Assembly (NCBI GenBank): GCA_030248215.1 | Contig: JASANG010000424.1 | Location: forward strand, 372,001-436,000 | Source of the DNA: Enoplolaimus lenunculus | Lineage: Eukaryota | Length of the DNA: 64,000 bases | Reading direction: 5' to 3' | Part shown: positions 13,409-27,210 of the stretch, one piece after another | Position numbering within the stretch: position 1 is the stretch's first letter | Layout of the letters: every line of letters begins with the position of its first letter | Position numbers and translations under genes: made by a program | The notes under the pieces: generated by a model | The model's database searches: none | What the model saw: the letters and a program-made list of their open reading frames with translations, nothing else | What the model was told of the DNA's origin: nothing

Positions 13409-14222
13409 CGAATATCAATTTCCATAAAGCACCAGGTAGAATATATACATGCGGGCTTGGCATTCTAACTCAACAAACCTCTCATTTAGGCACATATCAA
13501 CGATGTTTGTATGTATATGTGTATACAGGTAAAGGTAAAATATATACAAGCATGGCATATACCTTAGTTAGCATAAAGGTCCAATATTGATAGCAGTTTG
13601 CTTTTGGCAAAGGTTTTCGTCTGAATATCGTACGCCGCCTGAGCTCACATTTTAGAATATGTCATAGAGTAGGAATATCTTGTCTAGCAGGTGTGTAGCA
13701 GATATCTCGAGTGTTATGTGGTTACGTTTTTGCGTGTGCTACTTTATTTCTGGTTTCAAAGTTGCCTATAATTTGTTATAATAAGTCACCGGTGGGTAGA
13801 GAAAGCGCTATCAGGACGGCACCCTTTCGTATAAACTCGTTTTTTCTTCTGGTAGAGTAATTGTGTGCTGTTGACTCAATCGTTATGGATTCGTCAATCC
13901 AATTCTCAATGCCATCAGATCGGTTGCTTCTCGAGACTGTCTCGAACCCCTGGTTCAAGTTTCGCAGTACGCCACTGTATTATACGTAGTGTACAAACAC
14001 ACAATTTGTGGTTGAAATTTGGCTTGAAAATTTTAATTTATCACGCCAGTATCAGGATTTAGCTAAGTATTAATTGACGGCGAATGGTGTTTTTTGTACT
14101 GAATAAATATTTTTCGAAACGCTTATTAGCTATGGCATTTGTTTGGCTTAGAGGCTAACCAAACGAAAGCAGCAGCATAGAGAAGTTTTATACTCAGCTG
14201 TTGAGTTTTAGATTTTCGCTCG

Positions 14223-14235
14223 GTTGCTAGGAGAC
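14223..14235. promoter_or_regulatory. Candidate RFX/DAF-19 X-box upstream of the kinesin gene
   Basis: GTTGCTAGGAGAC (reverse complement GTCTCC-T-AGCAAC) fits the RFX consensus; it lies in repeat-free DNA ~3.2 kb upstream of the ATG. Confidence 0.45.
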
Positions 14236-14689
14236 GTTTTATCTTAGTTTTCTAGGTTTGAGCTGTTCAGCTGCAAATGCTTGCTTACATGTTACCTGAC
14301 GGATAATGACAAATTAATTTATTGGCAAATCAGATTAAGGGCTTAATTGCATAAATATTGACGGGCTGATCCAATCCTAAGAGGACCATCCTATCTTTGA
14401 AAAGTGCGCTATTTGTCGGCGTTTTGAAACGGATTGGTAAACAATTTTCTTGTATATTTAAAAACCTTATGTGCTCATTCTAAACCTAAATCAAAACATG
14501 AACTACATAGCGGTACTGTAGTGACCCGAATATGAAGGGGGGATAATACGAGGATGTCCCCATTTTGAGTCACAATCAATAGAAGTCCGTATCCCTAATA
14601 AGATTCGGAAGCGGATAGGGTCTTTAAACCCTAATAAAGTTCATAAATGTGAATATGGCACAAATTTTCATTTTGTTATCGTCTTGTAA

Positions 14690-14943
14690 CACTGTAAATC
14701 CGAGTGAGTTGATTTTACCTCAGAATGAGTTGAACCACTCACTCTGAGTTAGAACTTTCAGAACTCAGAATGCTGAGTCAAGCAAAGTCACTCTGACTTA
14801 ATTATTCAACTTACCCGGAATAAACTGAACTCAGAATGAGAATCAACTCAACTCAGAGCGAGTTAACGTTAAACTGTTGTTTAACTCCGAAATAATTAAC
14901 TTTCCAGCTGAGTTGATTTATCAATTCATTGGAATTTACAGTG
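14690..14943. mobile_element. CMC/EnSpm-like MITE (family B, AACTCA/TGAGTT-rich)
   Basis: TIRs CACTGTAAATCCGAGTGAGTTGAT / ATCAATTCATTGGAATTTACAGTG; 2-bp TSD AA. About 14 copies in the window. Confidence 0.8.
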
Positions 14944-16675
14944 AACTATCGATCCAGCAAATGGTGCGCTTTGAAATCAAGCATTTTGGTCGCATTTGTA
15001 TCTTGGAAATCCGCAGAATTTCCAGCTTACTCCAGTTGTGGCGGAATGATTTCATTCAAACCGTTTTGTTAACCGGTGATTGATGCTGCCGTTTTCGACA
15101 TTTAATATCTTTGCACTTGATAAACACAAACTAGTAATGACTCAGACAGCAATTACCTTCTATTTTACACCCGCCTACCGGGATTCATATCTAATTAGCT
15201 TAGAACCTTCGTATCATGGTACAGAAGATGAGGCTATTGTTCATATTGTTTCGTATATGCTGAACTCAGATTAGGAACAACAATAATCTATTAATGTTGT
15301 TTTAATTGCATTAATATTGTTCCACCGTTAATACTAATTGCAAATTGCAGTAATTAACTGCAGGACTGCCAGCACAATGGGCAATGCCATTTTGATATAA
15401 ACCTTATCGCCGCTGGCTATTTCGAAAAATCAGGTTTTCCAAATTGTTGAGTATTAAAGTTTATTACCTTCCCATCGGCCATTGCTCCAGCAGGCAAAAT
15501 GACCGGTACGTGCGGTGTAGTACTTATCATGATAAGTTTGATGGTTCGTGTATAGAAATAGGTCCTTAATGAAATCATGGCCGGCGTTTTTAGGCTAAGG
15601 TTAAAGTTAAGGCTTAGGCCTTTTTAGGTTTAGCCTTAAGTTAAGGCTTAGGGCTTTTTAAGCTTAGGCTTACGTTAAGGCTTAGGCCTTTCCATGTTTA
15701 CGGTTAAAGTTAAAGCTTTTTAGCTTCGCGCTTAGGTTTAGCATTAGGTTTTCCTGGTTTAATGTAATTTCACGCTTAGACTTTTATTTTGGTGCTTAGG
15801 CTTCAGGCTTATATTAAGGCCCGTTGCCAGGTAATGTTGCTAGGGGGGGCTAAAACATTTTCAGGACACGCAATTAAAGTTTTCAATGACTTACAAGCAA
15901 GGTTGAAAATCTTCTGGGGGGGCAAAGTTTTTCCAGGAGGGGCTTAGCCCCCCCCCCCGGCCATCCCTTGACTACGGGTCCGGTTATATTTACTCTGAGG
16001 CTTATTAGGCATATATTCCCATTTTCTGACCGGAACACATCCTATACACGCGACAGTGTTAAAATTAATTTTGTACGCTGTGATTGGCTGTGTTTGATGG
16101 TAAAAATTTTGACACTTTCCGGCCTTAATAACTTTTTCACTGAGATGAATTAAAAATATTTTTGTGAATTATGCAAAAATGAAAATTTTTCATTTTCCGT
16201 CGTCTTTTATCTAAGTGTTGCATTTCCGGAAAAAATATATAGTTTTAGAATTGCTACACAGCTCTTGAGTTTATATTGGAAACTTTCGCTTTACAGTAAG
16301 ACTTGCTGAGTGCTGACAACTACTTCCGCGATTATTACTGTATCTTAGTGTTTTAAAAGTTTAATTGGCTAAATTCAAGGCACTTAGTATGAATAATGAT
16401 TCTCTAAATTAAAAATTGGTTGTCAGGGTGGGTGTCAACAAAAATTCGTAAGCGACGAACAATGCGGCAAGTACGTAATTGTGGACCCATGTTAACCTAA
16501 TATGCGTGGCCACTAAGCCTAAGCCTAAAACCTAAGCCTTTGAGTCTCTCAGTCTCAAGTTTTATATGTTAAAGTTGTGAAAAATATGTACTAACAGGCT
16601 TTATTATTTGAAAATTTACCGTACAACTGGTGTTGGTATTCCAGCATACGGTATTTCCGTAACAATAGCTGCTAT

Positions 16676-17047
16676 CATGGTACAACCGGAGGTCTGCCTC
16701 CGTCTCCGGCATAAAATCGGCCTACGGCTTCGGCTCCAGTAAAATTTTTGCCGGAGGTTCCGGCAATTTCGGCAGTAAAATTTTACATAATTTTGCAAAA
16801 TTTATCTGTTTAGCGCGTTTCTTCGTTTTACTGTTGCCACATTTTTCAGGAATGAATTTCCGAAATTTTGCAGAAAATTAGCGTAAAACCAAACAACTTG
16901 AACAACATATTGAAGATATTGGCTAAAATTAACTAATTAACCACCATTTATACTACCTAATTTCGCCTCACCTCCGGCTCCAGCTCCGGTAAGTTTCGTT
17001 TACTTCCGGCTCCGGCTGAGGTATTTTTCACCTCCGGTTGCACCCTG
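16676..17047. mobile_element. hAT-like MITE (family D), intact
   Basis: TIRs CATGGTACAACCGGAGGT / ACCTCCGGTTGCACCCTG; perfect 8-bp TSD GCTGCTAT at 16668-75 and 17048-55. Confidence 0.9.
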
Positions 17048-17458
17048 GCTGCTATATTCATTTAAGAATTTTGATCCACGATTGAGTATAACTTTACGCT
17101 TTCGGTGATAATTTCTTATGGAGAGTTTCAAAAAATCAAAACATTATACCGTTATTCTTGTTTGAAATTGCCTTCTGTGGCCACATTAGATCGATATTTG
17201 GTCAAGGGCCGCAACAAAAAGTAGTAAAACTATGAAAAAAAAACACAAAATTAACTATTAACAAAAATAAAACCAACCAATCCAAAATCTTTACTTTTCT
17301 TCGTTATCGCTGCCATTCTTGAGTAAATACCAGATCAACTTCAAACTTAGCCCTAAAATGAGCAAAACAGAGATAAACCAATGAAAAAATCATTAAAATA
17401 AGTCAATAACCAATCAAATTCATCGCACGACAAAAAACGTCCAATCGTTGTTGAGAAA

Positions 17459-20400
17459 ATGCCTGCATCAGAATGTGTCCGAGTTATGGTACGATGCCGT
17501 CCAATGAACGATCGCGAAAATGGTCTCAATTGCAAGCAATGCGTAGCGATGCATCCACAAAGGTAATTGGTGTAAATATTGCTTACAAATTGCCGAGTGC
17601 AATTTCTTGCAAAATACAAAAATAGTCAGTGGTTGAATCCAGGAATCTTTATTCCCAAATCTGTGTATATACAACCTTGGTATTGTCAGTTTAGCCTAAT
17701 CGATTATCGAAACGAGTGATATCAGTCGGCAAAAAGTGTGCTAAATCGCTAAATCTATTTACTCTAGTTTTATTGGATCAGAAATCACTCTGTTGAACCA
17801 TTCTGGAAATCGCCCAAAAGTTTGGATAGTCTGTGCTGACAGATTTCCAGATAAATACCCTTTCGTGGCTAAAACGCTTTTAGCTAACGGTGAAAATTTT
17901 ATTTTCAACAAGTTATTTTATCAATAATTTAGTCGGCCCATATTACATTAACAGTTCAGTTACTTTACCAGCACGGTGCGACCGGAATTGCAAAATACCG
18001 GAACCGGAAAGCCAAAAAAATACCGGGGCCGGAACCGGAAAAACAAAACATGCTTGTTGCCTAAAAATTCATATTTAACGCTACTTTGTCACTTTTAATG
18101 GTGTAAACACACCATTTAGGATGGCAAAATTCTGAATCAAATGCAGTATCTGAAAATGTATGATAAAATATGAAGTATGGCAGAAATTGAAAACTTTGGC
18201 AATACACGTTCAGACAATTTTAGAAAAATAAATCAGAATAATATGCCAATTTTTCTTAAATTTTTGAAAGAGAAAAATTTTCAATTCCGAAAAAACCGGA
18301 AAATTCCGGTGAAAAATACCGAATTTATTACCGGAACCGAATAGCGCAAAATACCACATTTCCCTACCGCAACCGGAATTCCGGTTGCACCCTGTTTACC
18401 AGGGATATGAGTGCTATATTTCAACGTAAATTTCCACATATAAAACCTCGTTTTAGCCATTTATTGCTGAATTATAGTCCTAATTTCTTACCAGTCGCAC
18501 GCATTTCAGTTAATGTTACCGTCAATATAAGCATAACCCGCCGTATTTGGTTTAAACCACGATTTTCTCAATTTTACTTAATTTTAACTATTTAAAACGG
18601 TAAAACATTTCAATAAACTTTAGAAAAACTAAAGATAAAAGCCCAAAAACAAAAAAATAGCAAATAATTTTATGATTGTTTCTCTAGAAAAATTTGACAC
18701 AAATATTCGTTTCAATACTCCCTTGATTGCTGTGTTGAAAATAAGGCCAATGTTACTTTTACAAGTATAACGTTGGTCTTAGCGTATGTCTAAGCCTAAG
18801 CCTAAGCAAAATGCACTCTTATACTTAAACAAACTCTATCGCAATACTGCAGTACAACGGAACGCGTTTGTACGCTGCTTGGCTAAAATTCAAACGAAAT
18901 TTATGTTAAAAATCAGCCTGATCCTTCTGGTTCAGGATAGAATTAGAAAAAATTACAAAATCCATGCTGTTCTCACGAAAGCCTCGAACTAATGTGTAAG
19001 GTTAAAAAATAATAATGACCTCTGCAGCTGCTGATCCTAAAATCTGCCAAAAGTGGGCTAGCCACGAGAACACTGTAAATTTCCAGCTAATATTTTAACT
19101 GATATCCGGATACTATTTCAGGGGTCAAGTCATCCTGACGCATCCGGAGGATCAAAGTGCCTTGCCGAAAACGTTCACGTTCGACGGTGCGTACTTTATT
19201 GACTCGACCACAGAGCAAATTTACTCGGATATTGTATTTCCGTTAGTTGAGGTAACTTATTTTTTCATTTCAAATTTTAAGTAGAATTTTTTTATTTGAA
19301 AATATTTATACAATTTTTAAAAATAGAACTTGAAGTAAATTCAATTACGATTGGTATAAATTTGTGGTTTGCTCCACAAATTTCAGAACATTGACCATAG
19401 AGAATACTTGGAATTATTCTTATTGAACAGATTTGGTTTAATTGACCTGGAACTGCGTCAACTTTTACTCCTAAAGAAGGAACAGCCCCAAAATCGATCC
19501 AATTTTTGAGTAAACGCGGGTTAGTGTGGGTAACAGAAAAGATCCCTTATGGCATAGTACAAAAAAACTTGCTTTATGCTATTGCACGGTGATGGGTGGC
19601 GCCGGTTGGCACGAATAGCGCCACGCTTATAGGGTTTTTACTCATTTTTAGTGGTACTTGCTCTAATTTTTGTGGTTTTGGTTTTTATTATTTCTTTGTT
19701 AAAAATAAAAATGCAGCAAACTGCATTCTTTTAAAAGTTGCGCCTAATTTATGTATGAATGTGCACAGCTCAAACTGGTGAGTCAGATTGACTCTCTCCG
19801 AAATAGGCTTTTCCGTACTACAAAAACTGAGTCAAATTCCACTCCACCAGAGTCAAAGTCGACTCACCGAGGGACTCATTTAGTCGAATTTAACTCTGAC
19901 GGAGTCGAATTTTCACTCAGTTTGTGTTGTCCGCAAAAGCCTATTTCAGAGAGAGTCAATTTGACTCACCATTTTTTGCAGTCTCGTTATAAAAGCAATT
20001 GTGTAAGCTTTATTTTAAATGTTATTGTTGTTTAGTTTTACTTTTATTTTTTGTTTTTAGAATTGCCTTGAAGGCTACAATGGTACTGTGTTCGCGTATG
20101 GCCAAACTGGTTCAGGCAAATCCTATACGATGCAAGGACCGCATTCACCAGCAGCTCAGGTATTGCATTTATAAACATATACTTAGCTTGTCATAAGCAT
20201 CATCAACAAGAACTTGTGTTTAAGTATGTCGCAATATTCCCACGCCTGTCGTGCAAACCTTTAGCCAGCTCAGCATGCTTGGATCCCCAAAAAATTTCAC
20301 GAGGCGCAGCCGTATTGCAAGCCCCAGTAAAGATCAGGGACGGGCTGTTTTTGGCGCGACTGCAATAAAAGTAACCTTAAGCTCTAGGCTAATTTTCTTG

Positions 20401-23400
20401 CTTAGGAATAGGCTTTGGTATAAACTCATTTTTACGCTTAGGTTTACGATTAGGCTTAGGCTTAGGAATATGTTTACACTGCAGTTACGGCACTGCTCTA
20501 TTCGTTGGTCAAATGGCTTATAAACAGATTTGAATTATTTGTAGAGGGTTGAACCCTACAGTGGCGGATCCAGAAATTTCTGGTTGGGGGATGCAGAAGT
20601 GGAAAATTTAAGGTTTGGCACAGTTCATACATATTTTTACGCATATAAAGACAGTCACAAGTCTCACACACACTGGCCCATGTAAAGAACAGGTCCCTGC
20701 CAATTTCCTGAGTATAATGTCCCAATTTTCCCAAAACTTAATTTTTTGAGTAATATCCCAATTTCCCAAAAGCTTAGGCTATTCAGAAGTTTAGGTCTTG
20801 GTGCCCGTCCGGATATGGACCAAGTGTATATGCCCAACTTGGAAATCTTCCACGACAATCAGTTACCTATAAGAAAAACAGCGGCAGACTGTGCAAACTT
20901 TATCATCCCCATCCATTGTTAGCAACTCTAATAGTTTGAATTATTGAAATTTTAATATATTAATAACGTTTTCGTTCACTTACAAGCAATGGTGAAAATT
21001 TTCTAGGAGGTCACAGTCCCGCCTTGGCTACGAGCCTAGCAGTTTGTTTGTGTTTTATAGAAAGGAATTATTCCACGTACATTTCAACACATATTCGAAT
21101 CAATGTCAACTGCAGAAAATAGCAAATATTTACTGCATGCGTCTTATTTAGAGGTTAGTCTATTTTCACGCTTAACCCTTTCTCACATGAATATTTTCAA
21201 TTTCAAATGAGACGTAATTTCAAGGTAAGATTCGAACTCCAGTCTCACGGGTGGGAGGCGTTTACGGTGACCACTGAGCTATAGGAGCTTGACGCTCGAG
21301 CCCGAGTGGGCTCTGACGTGTTGTGGAGATTTTGCGCTGTGCATATATGTTAGAATTGTTAAATACTGCTCACAGTGTCTGTATTGCTCGCATATTATTG
21401 TATTTAGTTGCTCATAGTATACTCTATTAGTGAGAGGGTTAATTTCATTTTATACACTCGACTTTCCAGTATTGGAAATTGCAAACAAGCAGGCATTGTC
21501 TTACAGAGAGGGGGGTGGTCGGGAAGACCGTTGTCCTCCCCCCAACGCGTCATCATCTCTGTCACGTTGCACCATGCCAGCTACTTTCTGCGGCTTCAGT
21601 TTTATACGCCAAAGGAGTGAATGCAATGTAGAATGGTGATGGTTAGGAGGGACAATGTATAGAACAGGGCCGAAACAGTAGCATAAACATATTCCTAAGA
21701 GTAAGCGTAAGCCTAAACCTAAGCAAAAAATTGGTCTAAAGCTTAAACTGACTCTAATACAGCGCCCCCAGAAAATGATCCGGCCCTATCTATACATGGG
21801 CCGTTAAGAGTATGGATTTAGAAATGTCAAATTGATTGAGTAATTGCTCAGCGAATCGTCAAGTATAGTTATACTTAAGTGAAGAAATTTTTCGTGAAAA
21901 GCCGCACTAGTTGTGTCGTACTTGACTAAAAGTGTAGAAATACACGAGTTTTTACTTAGACTTAGGTATAAATTTCATTATTATTCTTAGACTTAGGCTT
22001 CGGAATATGCTTGTACTACTGTTACGGCCCTGTTCTGTACATTGGCCAAAATTTCTATGTTTAGTTTTTGAAAATACGGTTAAAACCGTATGTTTAGTTT
22101 TCGAAACTACGGCTAAAACCGTTCCAAGTGAAGGATGCTCATGTAAATAACGACTACATCAACTTGCACGTGTAAACATAGATTGAATAACAATTAAGTA
22201 GTTTCATAAAAGCTTTAAATCCTAAATTCAAAAATGTATTGAGCACCAAGCCAATCACAAGTTTGGTCACAGATCTTACTTGCAATTGGAAAAGTATTGT
22301 GCTCGTGCGCTTTGTTTTCCATTAAACAGAGCACAATTTCTATTTGACTACTGCCTATCAGTAGTTGACTCTGTGCGCGTCTGCTAAAAATCGACCGCAC
22401 TACAATTTGAGCAATTCTCGGCTGAGTTTATTTTGTTGAAAAACCAGCATTCAGCTGGTGATTGGTGCTACACGTATTTAAAAATAGTTCTTCTTTGCTG
22501 TTCAAACTGAATCGATTTTTATTTGTTTTAGATTTACAACGAAGATGTTCGCGATTTGCTCGGACTCGACATCAAACAAAAGCTTGAAACCAAAGAGCAT
22601 CCGGAAAAAGGAGTTTACGTAGCAGGTAAGCAACAGTTTATTTTTTTATATCTTTTGACGGTGTAGAAAAAGCAACAATTCTACGTGAAGCGGAACTATT
22701 GTTTCAGAGTTTAACCCTTTCTCACATAAATATTTTCAATTCGACCTAAAATTACCAGGCAAGATTCGAACTCCAGTGTATATTGGCGTGAGAGGCGTTT
22801 ACGAAGACTGCTCAATTTTAACAGTTTGATGCTCGAAGGAAATTTTTCGCGATGCATATACGTATGAATTGTTAAACATTGCACAATGCACACTGTGTGC
22901 ACTACTCGCAACCCATTTGTATGTTGTTGCTCATAGTATACTCTACGAGAGAATGTGTTAAACAGATAATATAAACTAGTCTGCCAGCTTTGCGCAATGC
23001 GCAAAAGTTAGCGAAAGCACAAAAATTTCTTTGCAAATTTTCTTTTCATAGAACAATCACGTGTATTCTTAAGAAATTATTGTAAACAATGTAAATGCTG
23101 GAAAGTTGCCCAAAATACGTATGCGGGGCGTTCCAGCTTTAATATATAGATAACGGAAACGGATTGTGATCAAAGTAGCTGAAACAGAAAATGTGACATG
23201 TATGTTTATCAAAGTTTAATAGATATATTATTTTTCTGATAAATACAATTACGGTATGCAAATATTTATTTGACTCGATATTTAGTCGAAGGTGCAGCCG
23301 AAACGGAATATTTTTTATGATTTCTGTTGAATTTTGTTATTTTTATTTTAAGTCGAACAATCGCCTTTGTGTTGAAAACCTGGCCAATGCATAGAACAGG

Positions 23401-25896
23401 GCCGGATCGTTTTCCTGTGGGGCTGTAATAGAGTCTGTTTAGATCATTAGACTTACTTTTTTGCTTAGGCTAAGTTTTAGGCTTAGGCTAGGTTTCAGGC
23501 TTAGGCTTAGGCTTACAACTAAGCTCGTCCTTTTGCTTAGTCTTAGGTTTAGGCTTTGGCTAAGGAACGGGCTCATCCTTTCGCTTAGGCTTAAGCTTTA
23601 CTTAGGAATACGCTCATCCTTACAATTAGGCTGAGGCTTAGGCTTATGTTTAGAAATATGCTTATACTACTGTTCCATCCCTGTTCTATACGTGGGCCGA
23701 AAAACTGAACGATTCTAAACGAACTGTCCACTAAAACTATGAGCATTAAAATATTGAACTTTCAATATAATTTCTGCACCGGAAACAGAGGCCTGTTTTT
23801 TAGCGGAAACACAAACGCAATCCGGATATACCCTGCGGTATTACAATTTTTGTCTTATTTTACTCTCATGTAAGGTAAATTTTTAAGTCAAGTATTCAGA
23901 TTATGGTTTTCATTTAGCCTACGCGCAAGTTATTATAGCTGCAACACATATTTATGCTTCAAATTCAACTAATACATAACTGTATAACAGTTGACAACCT
24001 TTACATACCTTGCGCATTTCAGCTTTAATTATTGGCTAGATTGTAATACCGCAGATTTAGGTTTATACCCCCCCAAGCCTACAAACACTCGCAGTCTATG
24101 ACGCGGTTCGACAGTGGCGGATCCATAAATTCCTGGTAGGCGGATGCACAAGTGGAAAATGTTACGTTTTTTGGCACATGTTCATACATATTTTCACGCG
24201 TACAAAAACAGCCACAAGTCTCACACGACGACAACGAACCTCAAAATATAGAAGATGCATTCATTAAAGCGGATGTTGCAACAATTTCTAGCCTAATAAT
24301 ATCTTGGATGTTACTAGGACAAAGAGGTTTTATTTTGTCTTTCCCGTATTTTCAAAAATCACCATAAGTGCCAGTATAGCTTACGTTGATTTTAACCCAG
24401 AAAAAATGAACACTCGGCAGCCGGCGGAGTGATGCATCCCTCGATCACCTCTGGATCCGCCCTTGTGGTTCGAGATCTGATTTCTGTATAAACACCAGGT
24501 TAATATAACATCTCAGGTTTATTATCTGTCCGTTAGCTAACAAGTTTGTATCATTAGTTCAAAATTAATGTTACCTTTACGCATGATAAGCTAATCAATT
24601 TATATTGACATGTAAATATGGACAAATGTAGACATTAAATCCGATGAATCGGAAATTAATAGCAAATGTTCTCCGCGTTTCAGTTATTAACACAATACAA
24701 AACGATATATAGTATATATCTGTACATATATATAAATATATATGTATATATCTGTATATATATAAATGTATATGTACATATCTGTATATATATAAATATA
24801 TATGTATATATCTGTATATATAAATATATATATATTATATATATTTAGAAAGCAAGTAAACAATCAAATTTCCATGCTACTTTTGTTCGAAAATCCATCA
24901 GTTAATTTCCGATTCGGTTTGTATAAAAGCTTGTGACAGGCTTCATCTTTATATTATACGATTGTCAAACCGAGAAATATAGACAAGTTTTCGCTAATTA
25001 ATAAATAAATTCACTCTTGAATCAACGGTTACCTTGGCTACCGCGATTGAGCTTACAGCTTTACGAGCCGCGGTATCACAAGACTATACAAAGGGGATAC
25101 GAGGATATATTACGCGAATTAAACCCCAACTGACTTGAAATTAGTCACTTTTAACGGGAATCCGAGTAGTCTTTTGTATTTTAATACTGAACAAAAATAT
25201 TTTCGCGTTCACTACGCTTGCTCGCGAAGCTGGGCATACTCTGTCGTAAAACTACAGCCTTAGATTCGAGACGAAACTCCTTTATTCGCGGTCAAAGCCA
25301 GTTTAATATTAGCTATGTCACCGTTTGTATATTAATTTGAGCCTTCACTACCTGTTGTTTTATTATCGAAAGATGCCGCGACCCGTCAGGTATGCATATA
25401 TATAAACTTGGCTAATAAACACGGAGTTTCTAACGTCTCATTAATATCTGGCGAACGCCGATGATGACAGACTTCATTTTATTAAGTCTTCAATCCTTCT
25501 GATGCCCTCAAACCTCATGCGAATATATAGCGAATGTTACCTTTGAACCATAGTATATTCTGTATTATCTGCATGATATATATGTATTTGTATATTTATT
25601 TATTCATATATACTATATATTTGTGTATGTATATTTATTTATTCATGCTAATATAGCGAATGTTTACCTTTGACCAATTTAATATTGTATATTATCTGCA
25701 TTATATATGTATATATGTATTTGTATATTTATTTTTTCATATATACTAAATATATTTGTATATTTATTTATTTATTCATTTATTCATGTATACGTATGTA
25801 TGTATATTTCTAAATATATAAATATATTGCAACAATAAAACAAAATAATTTAACAACAAGAATAAACAGCAACAACAATAATAACATAATATAATA

Positions 25897-25930
<34 letters not shown>

Positions 25931-27147
25931 TTAATTTCTGGATGAAAACTTAGCTACTATACTATGCTCATTATAGTTTCAAATAACTGGCTGATTCAAA
26001 ATACCTGTAGACTCGCATAGACTAAAGCGACACAGCGACATTGCCCCTATGACATTTTGAACCTGCTTGTACAAATCAATTGAAATCCTTGTATGCCCCT
26101 CCTAAAAAAATTTAGCCCCGCTATCAAGGTTAGCTGGTTACGAGCCTGAATTGTTTTTCGTGTCATTTTACTTGAACCGGTAGCCAAAAAAGACTACAGA
26201 GGATGCTCAATGGGCTCATGTCTGATGAATTTTTTGCGTTCCTGACAGCGTGTTGTTCACCTGAATACAGGTCTGGTTATAATCTACATTCCTGGGTATA
26301 AAACATCAGGAGCGCAAAGTCGTCTTGTTAGTGAAATAGGTTCATATTGTACTAAACAGTCAAGTATTAATTAGCTTTCGAAAGCTAAAGGTTATAATCT
26401 TAATCTGAAGATATATACATATAGATATATTTATATATATATATAAGATATATATACGTATATATAATACATATAATATATGTATATAGTTAGTTTTTGT
26501 GCATGTTCACAGGTATTCGGTTAGTTTCTAAACAGGATTCACCTGGTTTCATGGTACAACAGAGCAAAATTAGTGCCTGACTATACTTGTAGTCATGTTT
26601 CAACTTTATTTGTATAGGAACAGGACAACAGACTTATTTGAATTGTGCTATACAATAATTTTAGTAATTATTTAAATATAGCGTTAATAGGGATGAGAAG
26701 GAAAAACTAAACGTGTCTTGAAAATTCAAACGCAGTACATTTTACGGTTTGATTTGTTTTTGCTCAAACACTAAATATTTAATTAAGTCGCCGCCCTAAA
26801 GTATTTACTAAAGTATTTAAACTCAAACAAAAACTTAAGTAACATTTTGACAAATCCTGCCCAATAACTCCTAAACAATCCATACTGTTTAACAAATATC
26901 CATTCAAATCGTTATTAAGCATTAAATAATAATCACTGCCCTGTAGCAATGCTTCAAAATGCTTTTGTCCTACTGACTATAAATCCTACAAATCTTATTT
27001 AATTGCTACTCTGCCAAATCCCCCCGCGAGTCCAAATCAGCTTCTTTTCCATTCTCTCATTCCGTTTTCTGACTTTGCTTACAGGATAGGCATTCAGTTC
27101 CGATCCGCAGGTATTGCTAGCTCTCACCACAAATTGTAAATATATAG

Positions 27148-27210
<63 letters not shown>

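Noticed and set aside
15580..15820. True telomere or chromosome-fusion site
   Set aside because: Short degenerate arrays in family A-like context, with no long perfect or head-to-head TTAGGC tract.
10000..17400. Short ORFs (60-124 aa) between the two divergent genes
   Set aside because: Most translate MITE sequence (LSLSL/PKPKP from TTAGGC arrays), and none gave a splice-consistent protein signal.
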